From Leidyana gryllorum EB-2025a (lineage: Eukaryota; Protista; Apicomplexa), in the NCBI GenBank assembly GCA_048772705.1, contig JBLWGC010000033.1, forward strand, positions 253,744-317,743: 64,000 bases of DNA, read 5' to 3'. Positions 1 to 10,194 of the stretch are shown here, piece by piece. Numbering within the stretch: the stretch's first letter is position 1; the number at the start of each line of letters is the position of its first letter. The translations under genes were made by a program, and so were the position numbers. A model generated the notes under the pieces. That model saw only the letters and a list, made by a program, of their open reading frames with translations. It was not told where the DNA came from and did no database searches.

Positions 1-612
1 AGTGGTCTGTTCCCAGGTGGTCGTCTCGGGCAGCGACTCGACGTAAACAGTTTCGGTATTGGTGGGGCACGTCAATAGAATTTGAGTGGGAGACGGGCGA
101 GCGCAAGTGCACCCAACGATAGCTCTCACATCGGTGAGAGGGGCTTCGCCACCTGGACCGACTGCCACTGCGGTAACGGGGAGCGGAGCGTCACTGGCGC
201 ATCGGTTAACGCCGTCTTTGATGAGAACAAAGGATTCCAGCTCGTCAATGAAGGCTGCGGACAGACTCAGCTGCAACTCCAGGGGAGCAATAGCCAATGT
301 GGACACGGAATCGCTCCGTGCGAAGCCCAGATCGGCTTGAGACACAAAGAGCGGTCCCAGAGCTGCTCTGTAAGGAGTCAATCGAGGCTCGAATTCTGCC
401 AAAGCGACCTGAACCCAACTTTCATGAGACGGCTGGATAGCGACTTCTACCACCGGTTGGACGGCGGGGGTGGCTGCGGGTTCAGCGATACGGATCCGCT
501 CAGTTGGAGGTGAGGGAGTGGGAACTGGACGTTCGATAGTCACAACCTCTCCTCCTTCTTGGGCCAGAACGGCACCAGTAGAGAATAGAAATGTAGAGAG
601 TAATCGAGTCAT
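1..612 (-). CDS. Secreted/surface hypothetical protein, 3' end runs off the window (not in ORF track)
   Basis: Hand translation from ATG at 612 gives MTRLLSTFLFSTGAVLAQEGGEVV... with no stop to base 1. It has a signal-peptide-like N-terminus, a P/T-rich stretch and several Cys. Confidence 0.7.
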   Translation of the reverse strand, partial: MTRLLSTFLFSTGAVLAQEGGEVVTIERPVPTPSPPTERIRIAEPAATPAVQPVVEVAIQPSHESWVQVALAEFEPRLTPYRAALGPLFVSQADLGFARSDSVSTLAIAPLELQLSLSAAFIDELESFVLIKDGVNRCASDAPLPVTAVAVGPGGEAPLTDVRAIVGCTCARPSPTQILLTCPTNTETVYVESLPETTTWEQTT

Positions 613-673
613 TGTATGAATAAGATGCACCTCAGGCAAAATCGCACCACATGCGTGCAGCAGTGAAGATCAC

Positions 674-2179
674 CTACTCGGCCTTCTTCTCATTCTCTTT
701 CTTCTTCTTCTCCTCCTCCTTCTCTTTCTTCTTCTCCGCCTTCTTGTCCTCTTTGAGTAACCCACTGTCTTTGAGCGCCTTCATAGTTTCCTTATTGAGG
801 AACATAGACCCCAATTTGTCGACCAAACCTGCCGAACGACCATTATTCTCAACACAAAGTCCGCGCCACTTACCGACGGGTAGACTTCTTGCGAGGCTGA
901 GAAGTTTTCCGTAGTCCCCTTTCTGTGCGTATTCATTCATCTTCATGATTTTCTTCATCGTCTCCGCCCCTGGGAGTGCATCGAACAGCCCCAGTTCTCG
1001 CAGACGGTCCTCTGTCTTCTCATCCTCGGTAGTCTCACTCTCCGTCTCCTCTTCGGTTGTTTCTGCTTCGTGCTCTTCTTTCTCGTCGTGGCCGTGATAC
1101 CGCGGATCGCCCGGGCCAAAGAAACCGGCATAGTGTCCTGCAGCGGGGTTTCGTACATTCTGATAGGCCGTCTTGAGCCATCCTGGCGCCTGATCGACGA
1201 GATCTGCGATGCCCGCCAGATCTTTCATCGCCTCCTCATCCACCATCTCCCGGACAATCACCCCACGAAGGCCCGAAATACCTCTCCGGGCATAGAATCG
1301 GCGCGCAACGCTCTCTCCATTCGGTCCGGGAGAAAAGAAATCGGGTCGTTTCTTGTGTGGTTGGCTCTCTCCGGTGAAGAAGTAATCGTCCTCGTGTTCA
1401 TCCTTCTCATTCCCGTCTCCACCGCCAATATCACCTCCGAAGGGCTGAGCTCTCCACTCCATTCCCTCGGCGGTGGTGAGGCCGGTGGTGGGCGAGTCCC
1501 ATTGCAGCAAGCGGGCTGCAGGGCCCTTCGAGGTCAGAGGTGTACGATGGCCGTGGATCTCGGGGCAATCGAGCTGAAGACGTAAGGCATCGGTATGTTT
1601 CTCACTGTACGGAGCGGATGTATAACTGTGGAAAGATTTTTGTTGAGTGAGGAGTATTGAAAGGCTTCCTACCTGCAATGGCAAAAGTCCACCGTTCCTT
1701 CTACGCTTCTACTGGATGCGCTGGCTGGGCGGCTCGCCCCTCCACCTTTGAGGATCGAGTGGAATTCGTGTTGGAAGAAAACAGTAGCAACAGGGTTGGG
1801 TGGCTCCTGTTGAGCGCAGACATCTAAGCCGTTCGAAAGAATAGCAAATCTGGACTCATCTTCGAGCAACGTGGGAGTGTCCATCCACATGAGCGGTTCT
1901 GATGACTCTTGAGCAATGCGGTCGAGGACTTCGTCAATGTCTTCTTCACCAAGTATGGGGTTACGAATCAACAAAATGTCCCGGCCGGACAAAGCGGAGA
2001 AGTCCGCAGAGACGGGCAGATCGAGCCCTTTTGGCCCGAGAGCTTGCAGGAATATATCAACGGGTACGCCCAACCATGTCTGATGTATAGATCGAAACAT
2101 TGAGCCCAAACAAGTCACTCACTCGATCGTTAGAAGCTGCGACCAGTGTCACAAAAGTGTATGGAAACAGCCCTTTCAT
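674..2179 (-). CDS. Hypothetical protein, probably 3 exons, signal-peptide-like N-terminus, acidic middle and K/E-rich C-tail
   Basis: Exon 2179-2123 (MKGLFPYTFVTLVAASNDR) joins ORF 1669..2118 in frame through GTGAGT...CAG intron 2122-2080. A second intron near 1745-1669 (exact sites ambiguous) links to ORF 674..1684. Confidence 0.55.
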
Positions 2180-2209
2180 TCTGGCGTTGCATGCCCACCC
2201 CTCAGGTAC

Positions 2210-4207
2210 TTAGTATTGTGGCAAAGGTAATCCGAGTGCTCCCAACACTTCTGCCATCATGAAGAATGTCCCCAGAAACACCACAGGGCACTTCTTTTGT
2301 CGGCCCTCTTCGAAAACATGGCCGACGACGCCTCTCACGGGAGATTCCATCCACACCGAATGTGTTTTCGAGAGTCCTTCAACCACCCGCCTCTCCTCAG
2401 TTCGCCTTCTCTCCTCAACAACTCCACTCAAATTATCGTCTTCGATCTCATTAGGCGAACGGTTGTGGTCAATGAGATCGTCGCATCGATCTTCCGAGAA
2501 CTCATCGCTGTCGATCGACTCTGATTCTGACTGACTTTCTTCGTCGTCCGGCACCCACTCGCCGTCATCATCAGATGAGCTCCCTTTGTCTGGTTCCATG
2601 ATACTTGGCTGTTTCTCGGCCGCCACTTTGGTCATTAAATCCAGCAGATCTTTAGTGGAGATGTCCAGCATCGAGATCTCATCCTCATTGTCGCCGTCGA
2701 TAGCGAGAAGTGAATTGTCATTACCTTCCGATGCTCTCTTGAGCCCCGGACTGTCACGACTCATCGAGCGGTAAGACCTCTTTCTCCTGAAACATCCGCT
2801 ACTCGGTCGCTGGCTCCCTCCACTGGTGGTCGCGGTCGGAGTGGTGGCGGGTTTAGTCGATTTCGGAACCGGGGTCACTTGAACAATTCCAGTAGAGGTC
2901 GTGTTGGGCAGCTCAACAGGGTTCCGTCTTGTTGGACCTCCCACTGTGTCGAGGATGATAGTTACCTCTCCTCTCCACAGGTTCTGCATAACTGGCCGCG
3001 GGGATGAGGTCGACGATACTATTCGCTCAAATATCGTCTGGGCTTTGGTGACTCGCGGGTGTAGAGAGGGTAAATAGTAGAGATTCTCCACTTTTAGCGA
3101 TGAGTTCTGGTACAACGGTGCGAACATGGCGAGATCCCGTTTTCCGGAATAGGCGACAACGTATATGGCACTGGTGACCGATAGACAGTCCCGTTGGAAC
3201 ACTTCTGCCAATTGTTTGACAGTCTCTCCAATGGCATCGACATTATGAGCGACGTCCAAAACTATCGCAGGAGGCGCATTCGCGCCCGTCGCAAAGTACC
3301 GAATATCCAACCGACACGGTGGCCGATCATATACACACGCGGGTCTCTTGATGTTAGATTTGGGCCACAAACCGTCGAACAGTAAGTCACACGTGATTCT
3401 GTGGGCAAACTCTGCAGCGTTAGAGGTCGCGAGGAGTCGACAGAGTCCGCCCTGTCTCTCTACCAGTGAGACAGCGGCTCTGTCGTGTCCGACCAAACCA
3501 GGACTGTACAGGTAAGCCGGACGTCCGCTTTTGACGATCCCCAGTTTGGCCTTCATGACGCCCTCGGGAAAGGCACCCAGAAGCTCCTCGTGATCACGGC
3601 CGATACTGGTGATCACGGTGGCCTGTGGGTGATCCCAGATGTTTGTGGCGTCTCGCTCTCCCCCGATACCGACCTCGAAGACACACAGGTCGACCTTTCT
3701 GTAAATAAAGTAGAGGATGGCCATAAGTGTAAGAGAGGTAAAGTAGCGGGGGATCACAGAGGCCTCTTGGCAGGCTTTCTCTACGACACGAGCACACGCA
3801 ACAAAGTGAGACATTGGAATGGGTTCGCCATTGACCATAATTCTTTCACAAGCAGTGAACAGATGTGGAGAAGTAAAGAGACCGACAGTCTGAATACCCC
3901 CTCTCTGTAGCCCAGCAGCGATACGATAACAACAGGTACCTTTGCCATTAGTGCCCGCAACGTGAACCACCCTCAACCGCTCATGAATATTACGTAAGTG
4001 GTGTAAGACAGATCTCGTCTGACTGATTCCCGGTCCCAGGGACCGGGTCTGCTCCAACCGATCGACGGTAGCCCTATACACTGGACAGAGGGAGGGCGAA
4101 TAGTCATCCCATAATCGGTGATCCACATTCGAATTGACCTCCCTTTCGGCGACACGGATGTTCTGCTCCAACTCCCCACAAATGTCGGCTGCTGGATCGA
4201 AGCTCAT
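2210..4207 (-). CDS. folC: Folylpolyglutamate/dihydrofolate synthase (FolC/FPGS) with a long low-complexity insertion
   Basis: Motifs VHVAGTNGKGT (P-loop), GLFTSPHL, FEVGIGGERDATN, VITSIGRDH, LDVAHN and C-terminal VVFLGTFFM. Confidence 0.93.
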   Translation of the reverse strand: MSFDPAADICGELEQNIRVAEREVNSNVDHRLWDDYSPSLCPVYRATVDRLEQTRSLGPGISQTRSVLHHLRNIHERLRVVHVAGTNGKGTCCYRIAAGLQRGGIQTVGLFTSPHLFTACERIMVNGEPIPMSHFVACARVVEKACQEASVIPRYFTSLTLMAILYFIYRKVDLCVFEVGIGGERDATNIWDHPQATVITSIGRDHEELLGAFPEGVMKAKLGIVKSGRPAYLYSPGLVGHDRAAVSLVERQGGLCRLLATSNAAEFAHRITCDLLFDGLWPKSNIKRPACVYDRPPCRLDIRYFATGANAPPAIVLDVAHNVDAIGETVKQLAEVFQRDCLSVTSAIYVVAYSGKRDLAMFAPLYQNSSLKVENLYYLPSLHPRVTKAQTIFERIVSSTSSPRPVMQNLWRGEVTIILDTVGGPTRRNPVELPNTTSTGIVQVTPVPKSTKPATTPTATTSGGSQRPSSGCFRRKRSYRSMSRDSPGLKRASEGNDNSLLAIDGDNEDEISMLDISTKDLLDLMTKVAAEKQPSIMEPDKGSSSDDDGEWVPDDEESQSESESIDSDEFSEDRCDDLIDHNRSPNEIEDDNLSGVVEERRRTEERRVVEGLSKTHSVWMESPVRGVVGHVFEEGRQKKCPVVFLGTFFMMAEVLGALGLPLPQY

Positions 4208-5534
4208 TCTTTTTCAGTCCGCAAGATTAGCTATGACTAAACTGACTAACTGACTGACTGGAGGTGGATGACAAATTAACACTCTAACTCTTCTCGTGAA
4301 TTCAACCATTCACGCGCCTCTGTGTCCATCTAAGGATCCAAGGACGGTCTCACACACCTCTCTCTCCCGCTCTCTCTTATACGGATAGGACCGTTCCCGC
4401 GACTTGGCCGGATGGGAGGGACAACACGGAACACAACGTAGCGCCGGTGTGTGGATAGATGATGTGTGCGAGGCCACCAGAGCAAAAGAAAAGTTAAAAA
4501 ATCGGATGTCGCCGTACAGCGACCGACATTCCTTGAATATCTGGGGTTTCGGTCTTTTTCCCTAAGAGATTTGAGGATGTAGGATTCGGTGTGCGGTGGC
4601 TCTCTTCCCTCCCTGGCGTCTCCCGTCCGTCCGTCCCCCCCCTTCCCCGCGCTTCCCTTCCTCTGCGTCCGCTTGGCCGGAGGCCCGGGCGGGGAGCGAA
4701 AGCCCAATGTGTGTGTGTGGGCGTGGGTTGGAGCTCATCTGGTAGCTCATCCACCCAGCGCCATACCACTTCTTGGGTGCCAAGTTTCTGTTGGCCCCAA
4801 GGGTCCGTTGTTGGGCGCGTGGCCCCTCCTCGCCCTCTCGCAGAGGTCCGGCTCCCGCCACTGGCGGGATGGTTGTTTCGGTGTTTTTCAGCTTCGAGAA
4901 ATGGTACTTGCGGGCCAGATCTTGGAGTTGGATTTTCACCGGGGCAACCAATTGGAGACAGGTTTAACCTTTGTTGAAGGTTCTAAATTTTTGTTAAATT
5001 AAAGGTTATCCTTAAGAAAGGATAACCAAGAAAGCCAAGATATTATTGCTCCTTTTGCCTGTCTGTGCGAGCGCCTCCAAACCAAAGAGAACAAAAGAAT
5101 GGTTGGGAAAACGTCCCTTGTCCTCTGTTCCGTGGCGCCCAAAGAGAGTGGATAGGCCCGAAACCGGAGACCACTAATTAGTCAATGACTAATTAATTCA
5201 ATGTTCAATGATCAATGATTCAATTAATGAATCCCTACTGACCACCTGTTCGGCACTAACATTTGAGAGCGAGCGAGCGACCGAGTAGAGGCCCTCGTCA
5301 TGATGCACAGTGAGTGAGTGAGCCCGCCCGAGGATCGATCAGGACGCTTCTTCTCCGCACGACGCAAATTGCGTCGTTCATCTGTGTTGTGTGATGTTGC
5401 AATGTGGCTGTCTCCGCGATACCACCGATCTCTTTTCTGTGACCGTAAAGTACTTACTGCTCGCGCTTAGACCAATGACTCATCCACACGTAATTGTGTC
5501 GACTGTGAAAGAGAGAGGCATTGGGAAGGGGGGG

Positions 5535-5594
5535 CTGTATTGGATGGTGGGTGTGGCTGTGTGACTGTATTGGATGGTGGGTGTGGCCGTGTGA
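5535..5594. repeat. 30-bp tandem repeat x2
   Basis: ctgtattggatggtgggtgtggc(t/c)gtgtga at 5535-5564 and 5565-5594, one mismatch. Confidence 0.9.
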
Positions 5595-5790
5595 CCCCTA
5601 CGCCGCCGTGGTGGCGCGAGGCCGCGGGTTCTTCCAAGTAAGTCCAGGAGGTCGTGTTTTGCTCTTCTCGCGGGTGGTCGGTATGTGCCCGCGCCGTGTT
5701 TGAAAAAGTAAGCCGCCGGAGAGGCAGAGGAAAGGTGCGTTGTTCGTATAACGACAACGACGACGAAGAAATATCTGTTACACCACCAAG

Positions 5791-7806
5791 ATGAACACTG
5801 TATCGCCGCCCCTCAGTCGTGTTGACCATACCAAGTGTGACTGTTTCTTGGATGTGCCATTGGACGTTGGTTACAAACAGGCCACGTCTGATGGTCTGCG
5901 ACATTCAGCGGGAGAGTATGAGAACAGCACTCATGAGGCTGAGTCCTGTGCCGTCTCAGACGACTACAATCTGTGGACACATCTGCCTGAGGATGAAGTG
6001 GGAGAAGACGGCTTTTTGCTCTTTGGAATGCGAATGTGGTTCCGCGTGTTGAGGTTTTTGACAATGTCGGAGTATCAGAAAGTGGGGTTTATTTGTCGAA
6101 CGGCTTTGGAAAGCGTCAGAGCCACCCAAACGGTCAGATCCATAACGCTCGACGAGGATCTGCTCACAATACTGCAAAATCGAAGTTGGTTCAAAGAGAC
6201 TATCCGACGATCCACTTGCACACTGGAATCAATCGAAATACTGTCCAGAGGAAACATGCTGTCCAAAGACAACAATACAATGATGTTGGATTTCGTCCAC
6301 GATCTCTTCACCCAAAACTCATTCCCTCGACTGCAACGATGTCGACTCAGATTGCAATTCGAAAGGCGCTTTCCGGCCTCAGGAATCTATTTCCACTCAC
6401 TCGAATACCTCGACGTCTCAGAAAGCGTCTTCGCTGAACGTCTCCGTTTCTATATCCGCGCCCCTCGCTTGGAGGCCGTAGCCGTACGCTCCCGATACCC
6501 CGCCTGCGTAGATCACGTCTTGTTTTGGGTCGACGATAAGGTGGATCTGAGCCTCCGATCGCCCCCCCTCGCTTTGGCTGGCGAGACGGTGTCGCCACTC
6601 ATCTCAGTGGGAGAGTGTCGCGCCGTCTCCAGTCAACCGTACATGAATGTCTGGAAAGAGTCTCAGTGGACCTCGGCGCGCGAGTTGTACAGAGTCACAA
6701 CGCCTCTGCATCGATGGAGCCAAACTCTGTACGACACTCCTTCATTGGCATTCCGACGGATTGGAAGACTGATGAATCAGCCACGACCGGCCATCATGCG
6801 TTACCAGTTCCCGACCACTGAGTGGTACGCAATGCTCAACTGGCAGAGTGTAGCCGACATCCCCGCGTGGATGGACGATCTGCCCATCCCCTATGCTCCG
6901 TGGCTTGAGATGCGTCCCGATGAGGAAGCTCGGATGGTCACCTACTGGCCGGCTACCGAACATTGGGTGCGGGAGCATTGGGTCACTGACCAGAATGGCG
7001 CTGTGCGGCTGGAAGACCCCAGGAGACAAGGCGAGTACAGTTGGGTGACTATAGATGGCCGTCAGGTGAACGATATGACTGCGCTTCTCAATGGCAGACT
7101 GGTGCGCATAGACAATTGTCACGTGACTCTGAGGATTCAGGAGATCACTCCCACTCGAGACACTCTGGTGCAATGGAGACTGATGCTGAAGAACTGCAAT
7201 GTGAGACATATTGTTGTATTCCGATGCCATCGCGAGCCATCGGTGATATTCTATCTCTACCTTTTACTACAGTCTCTATGGAAGGACAGAAAGCTGGCGA
7301 TAACGGTTCGATGGGCAGCAACGGCCCTGTGGCCGTCTTCGTGGATGGCTATGATCGCAGAGATGTTAACCGGTCGATACACTGATGACACTTTGCGAAA
7401 CATCCTGATGGAACTCGATGTCTCTCCCTCGTACATTGCTCATTTTCCCGTCATGGTGAGAAAGAACTTGAGATGCTGGTTGCGAGGCTTAGACCGCTTC
7501 GACGTCGACACTAACGTCGCCTTGGAGCAACACAACCCATTCGGCTCCCTACGCGATGAAGAGAGAGACCACCTCAGAGACTGGTACGACGACTTGACCG
7601 AAGCGATGCCCACAGATCTCGTCAGAGACAAGGTGTTCGAGTCGTGCGTAGCTACATCTGACATTCACCACAGCTACTGGTGGTACTTTTGGCACTTCAA
7701 CAGTGGGGAGATGCCACCCTATAATGGTATAGTCGTCCCCACCTATCGCGAGCGTCCGAGGTACGCCCTCGCACCCCCCTCCAAAAGAAGAAGGTGTATC
7801 CGATAG
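5791..7806 (+). CDS. F-box-like/LRR-like family protein, paralogue 1
   Basis: 671-aa ORF. MWFRVLRFL..SEY.KVGFICR resembles a degenerate F-box. It shares FPRLQRCRL, LEYLD, IRAPRL, PAWMD.LP, YLYLLLQSL and EMLTGRYTDDT blocks with the two downstream genes. Basic C-tail PPSKRRR. Confidence 0.7.
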   Translation: MNTVSPPLSRVDHTKCDCFLDVPLDVGYKQATSDGLRHSAGEYENSTHEAESCAVSDDYNLWTHLPEDEVGEDGFLLFGMRMWFRVLRFLTMSEYQKVGFICRTALESVRATQTVRSITLDEDLLTILQNRSWFKETIRRSTCTLESIEILSRGNMLSKDNNTMMLDFVHDLFTQNSFPRLQRCRLRLQFERRFPASGIYFHSLEYLDVSESVFAERLRFYIRAPRLEAVAVRSRYPACVDHVLFWVDDKVDLSLRSPPLALAGETVSPLISVGECRAVSSQPYMNVWKESQWTSARELYRVTTPLHRWSQTLYDTPSLAFRRIGRLMNQPRPAIMRYQFPTTEWYAMLNWQSVADIPAWMDDLPIPYAPWLEMRPDEEARMVTYWPATEHWVREHWVTDQNGAVRLEDPRRQGEYSWVTIDGRQVNDMTALLNGRLVRIDNCHVTLRIQEITPTRDTLVQWRLMLKNCNVRHIVVFRCHREPSVIFYLYLLLQSLWKDRKLAITVRWAATALWPSSWMAMIAEMLTGRYTDDTLRNILMELDVSPSYIAHFPVMVRKNLRCWLRGLDRFDVDTNVALEQHNPFGSLRDEERDHLRDWYDDLTEAMPTDLVRDKVFESCVATSDIHHSYWWYFWHFNSGEMPPYNGIVVPTYRERPRYALAPPSKRRRCIR

Positions 7807-8094
7807 ATACAACGGAAATTAACGCGCTCTCTCTCTCTCTCTCTTCAAGTATCCCGCTTTGCTGTCACACAGACGAAGGAGGAACGAAGGAAGGTACTTT
7901 TGAAGGTTTTCCCCCACATAAAGATCAGAGGTAACAACGAAAGGCGTCATCCCATTATCGCTAAGGATTGTGACAGTGTCAGTCAGTACCCAAACGGGTG
8001 GAGTGTGTAGTCTCCGCCTAAGCACGTAAGTAGTTCGCTGATAATTTGTAGCACTCCGGAGCCGAAAAAGAAAAGTTTCATTGAGATCGATCCA

Positions 8095-10045
8095 ATGCAG
8101 AGCCCAAATCGTGTGGCTCCCACCGATTCCACACCTTTCTGGCACCAAATTCTGGTATTTCTACAACTCACTGAATTGGAACACGTGCGTTCAGTCTCTC
8201 GTGCCGTCAATCGCACTATTTGCAATTCTCTCTGGTTGACTCATCTGTACCTCGATGCCCCCACTTACACTTTGGTCCAAAGGGCGGTTTGGTGGGAAGG
8301 TCTGCTCGACCGGTCCCGACCCCGCATAGAGTCCTTACGGCTGGAGGACGTTGAGTCTCGAGCGGGTCTATGTGAGTTCTTCAACAAGCTGTGCGAGCAG
8401 CAGCTTCCAAAACTATGTCAGTGTCGACTGTCTCTTCACTTTCGGACAAACGGTCTCTCCGAACCGTTCATCTGGTCCTTCCCCAAACTTGAGTATCTCA
8501 ATACATCGGGTGCAGTCTTCTCCGGTTCCCTCGACACGATATACGCAATCATCAAAGCTCCACAGCTCAGACTCCTGGCAAGTCATCAATTGGGTCTCAG
8601 TTTCCTCGAGCACGAGCTCTCCCTCTCGCTACGAGATGAGGTGAGGCGACATGTGCTCGGGCCCGAGGACACTGTTGTGGTGGAGGTTTCGGATTCAGTC
8701 AAGTGGTACCGTGTGGTTCATCCTCGCGTCATGAGTTACGACATCGACTTCGACTTGGACTCAGATGAACACAGTGATCTTTACTTTGACGACCCACGGA
8801 GTATCGTGGCAAATGTCAAGTTACCTTCTCTGGGGAGGTTCTACAAGTGGGGAGTCAATGAGTGAGCGGTGAAGTCTGATTGGGCCACTTCTCTCCTTTT
8901 TCAGCCTCGAAAACGAACTGCGAGACTTTGTCGAGAGTCGCTGGAAGGCGCTTAGCGCTCTCCACAGTCCTGCGATACTCAAGGCGGTTGTTGAGTCAAA
9001 ACCCTTCATATGGACGGTCGGTACCATTAAGACACCCAATGATGGGTGGTCGAGCATCAAGGGATCTGAGGATTTCAATGACCTGCCGGACTGGTTGGAT
9101 GCTGTGCCTCTGCATTACATTCGGCGGCCGAATCCCGAGACTATCACTACGGAAGAATGGATTGCTCGTGCCCGACCTCTGCGAGATGATGAGTGGGAAT
9201 GCTGGCATTTGTCGCCCGACGGTACAGCTTGCCCAGTCCCGAAGGTGGAGGAGTGGGGGACTGTTAGATATACCGTCGCTGCTGGTGGTGAGGACCCAAC
9301 GTTGGTCGAGGTGTACTGCCATTCTGACTTGGTCGAGGCGTTCGCAGAACCGGCTCTGCAGGAGGTTCCTTGGCACTGCCCAGCGCTCTTGCTGATGGAC
9401 ATACAGGACCTGCCAACTGGGACTTGGCGATGGCAGCAATGGGAAGACTGGCAGCGGCGTCTCCTCGATCTCAAGGTGGCCTATATCCATACAGATGCAT
9501 TCTTCCGAAGACTCGATACCATCTTCTGGACATATCTGGCACTGTACACACTGTGGAAACATCATAGCAAAAGGATAGTCATCTCGCAGCTGGCCGTCGC
9601 CTGGTTTCCCCACCCGTGGAGGAGAGTGGTGACAGAGCTGCTGACCGGAGATTACACAGATGCCACCTTCGAGTGTATTTTTCGCTTCTTCGACGCCCCG
9701 GTTCCGAGCACACCGCTCAATGAACTGCCAGAGGACTTGAAGCGTCAAGTCCTCCATGCCAGCGAGTCTCTGTGTCGGCCTCTCGGGTGTCTGACATGTT
9801 ATGAACTGCGCGACTTTCGGCGTTGGTACGACGAGCTGTCTCTACGGTTGGATTCCTGGAGCATTCCAATCATGAAACCACTGGGGCGTCCAGGTGAAGT
9901 GCCAATGGAGATCGGCGTTCCCATGCATCGAACCCCATGGATGACTCGCCACATCACTCAACACAATTATCCAATACTCAGGAAGTGGGGACTCCCGATG
10001 CACATTGTACCTCTCAGCCCCAAAGCGGACGCAGCAATCCCATGA
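8095..10045 (+). CDS. F-box-like/LRR-like family protein, paralogue 2 (2 exons, intron 8862-8904)
   Basis: A 43-nt GTGAGC...TTTTCAG intron joins ORFs 8095..8865 and 9095..10045 in frame. Motifs FWHQILVFLQLTELEHVRSVSR, LPKLCQCRL, FPKLEYLN, LPDWLDAVP, ELLTGDYTDAT. Confidence 0.75.
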
Positions 10046-10194
10046 TAGACACCAATCCTGGATGGACAGAGAGACACTCTACCCCGCACAGACACTATGC
10101 AGATAGAAAGTGATCGACAAAGGGGCCCTACTGAGGCCGCTAGCGGTCCTCTGTTCGCAGAAAGACATTTTTGGTGAACATCAATCCAGTCGAG

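Noticed and set aside
82-513. + strand ORFs of 143 and 84 aa
   Set aside because: They are antisense to a longer open minus-strand frame (612 to <1) that has an ATG and a signal peptide.
2188-2194. TGCATGC next to the ATG at 2179, similar to the apicomplexan TGCATGCA motif
   Set aside because: A single incomplete match, not enough to call.
4330-5002. Cluster of overlapping 60-137 aa ORFs
   Set aside because: Low-complexity GC-rich translations on both strands with no motif and mostly non-ATG starts.
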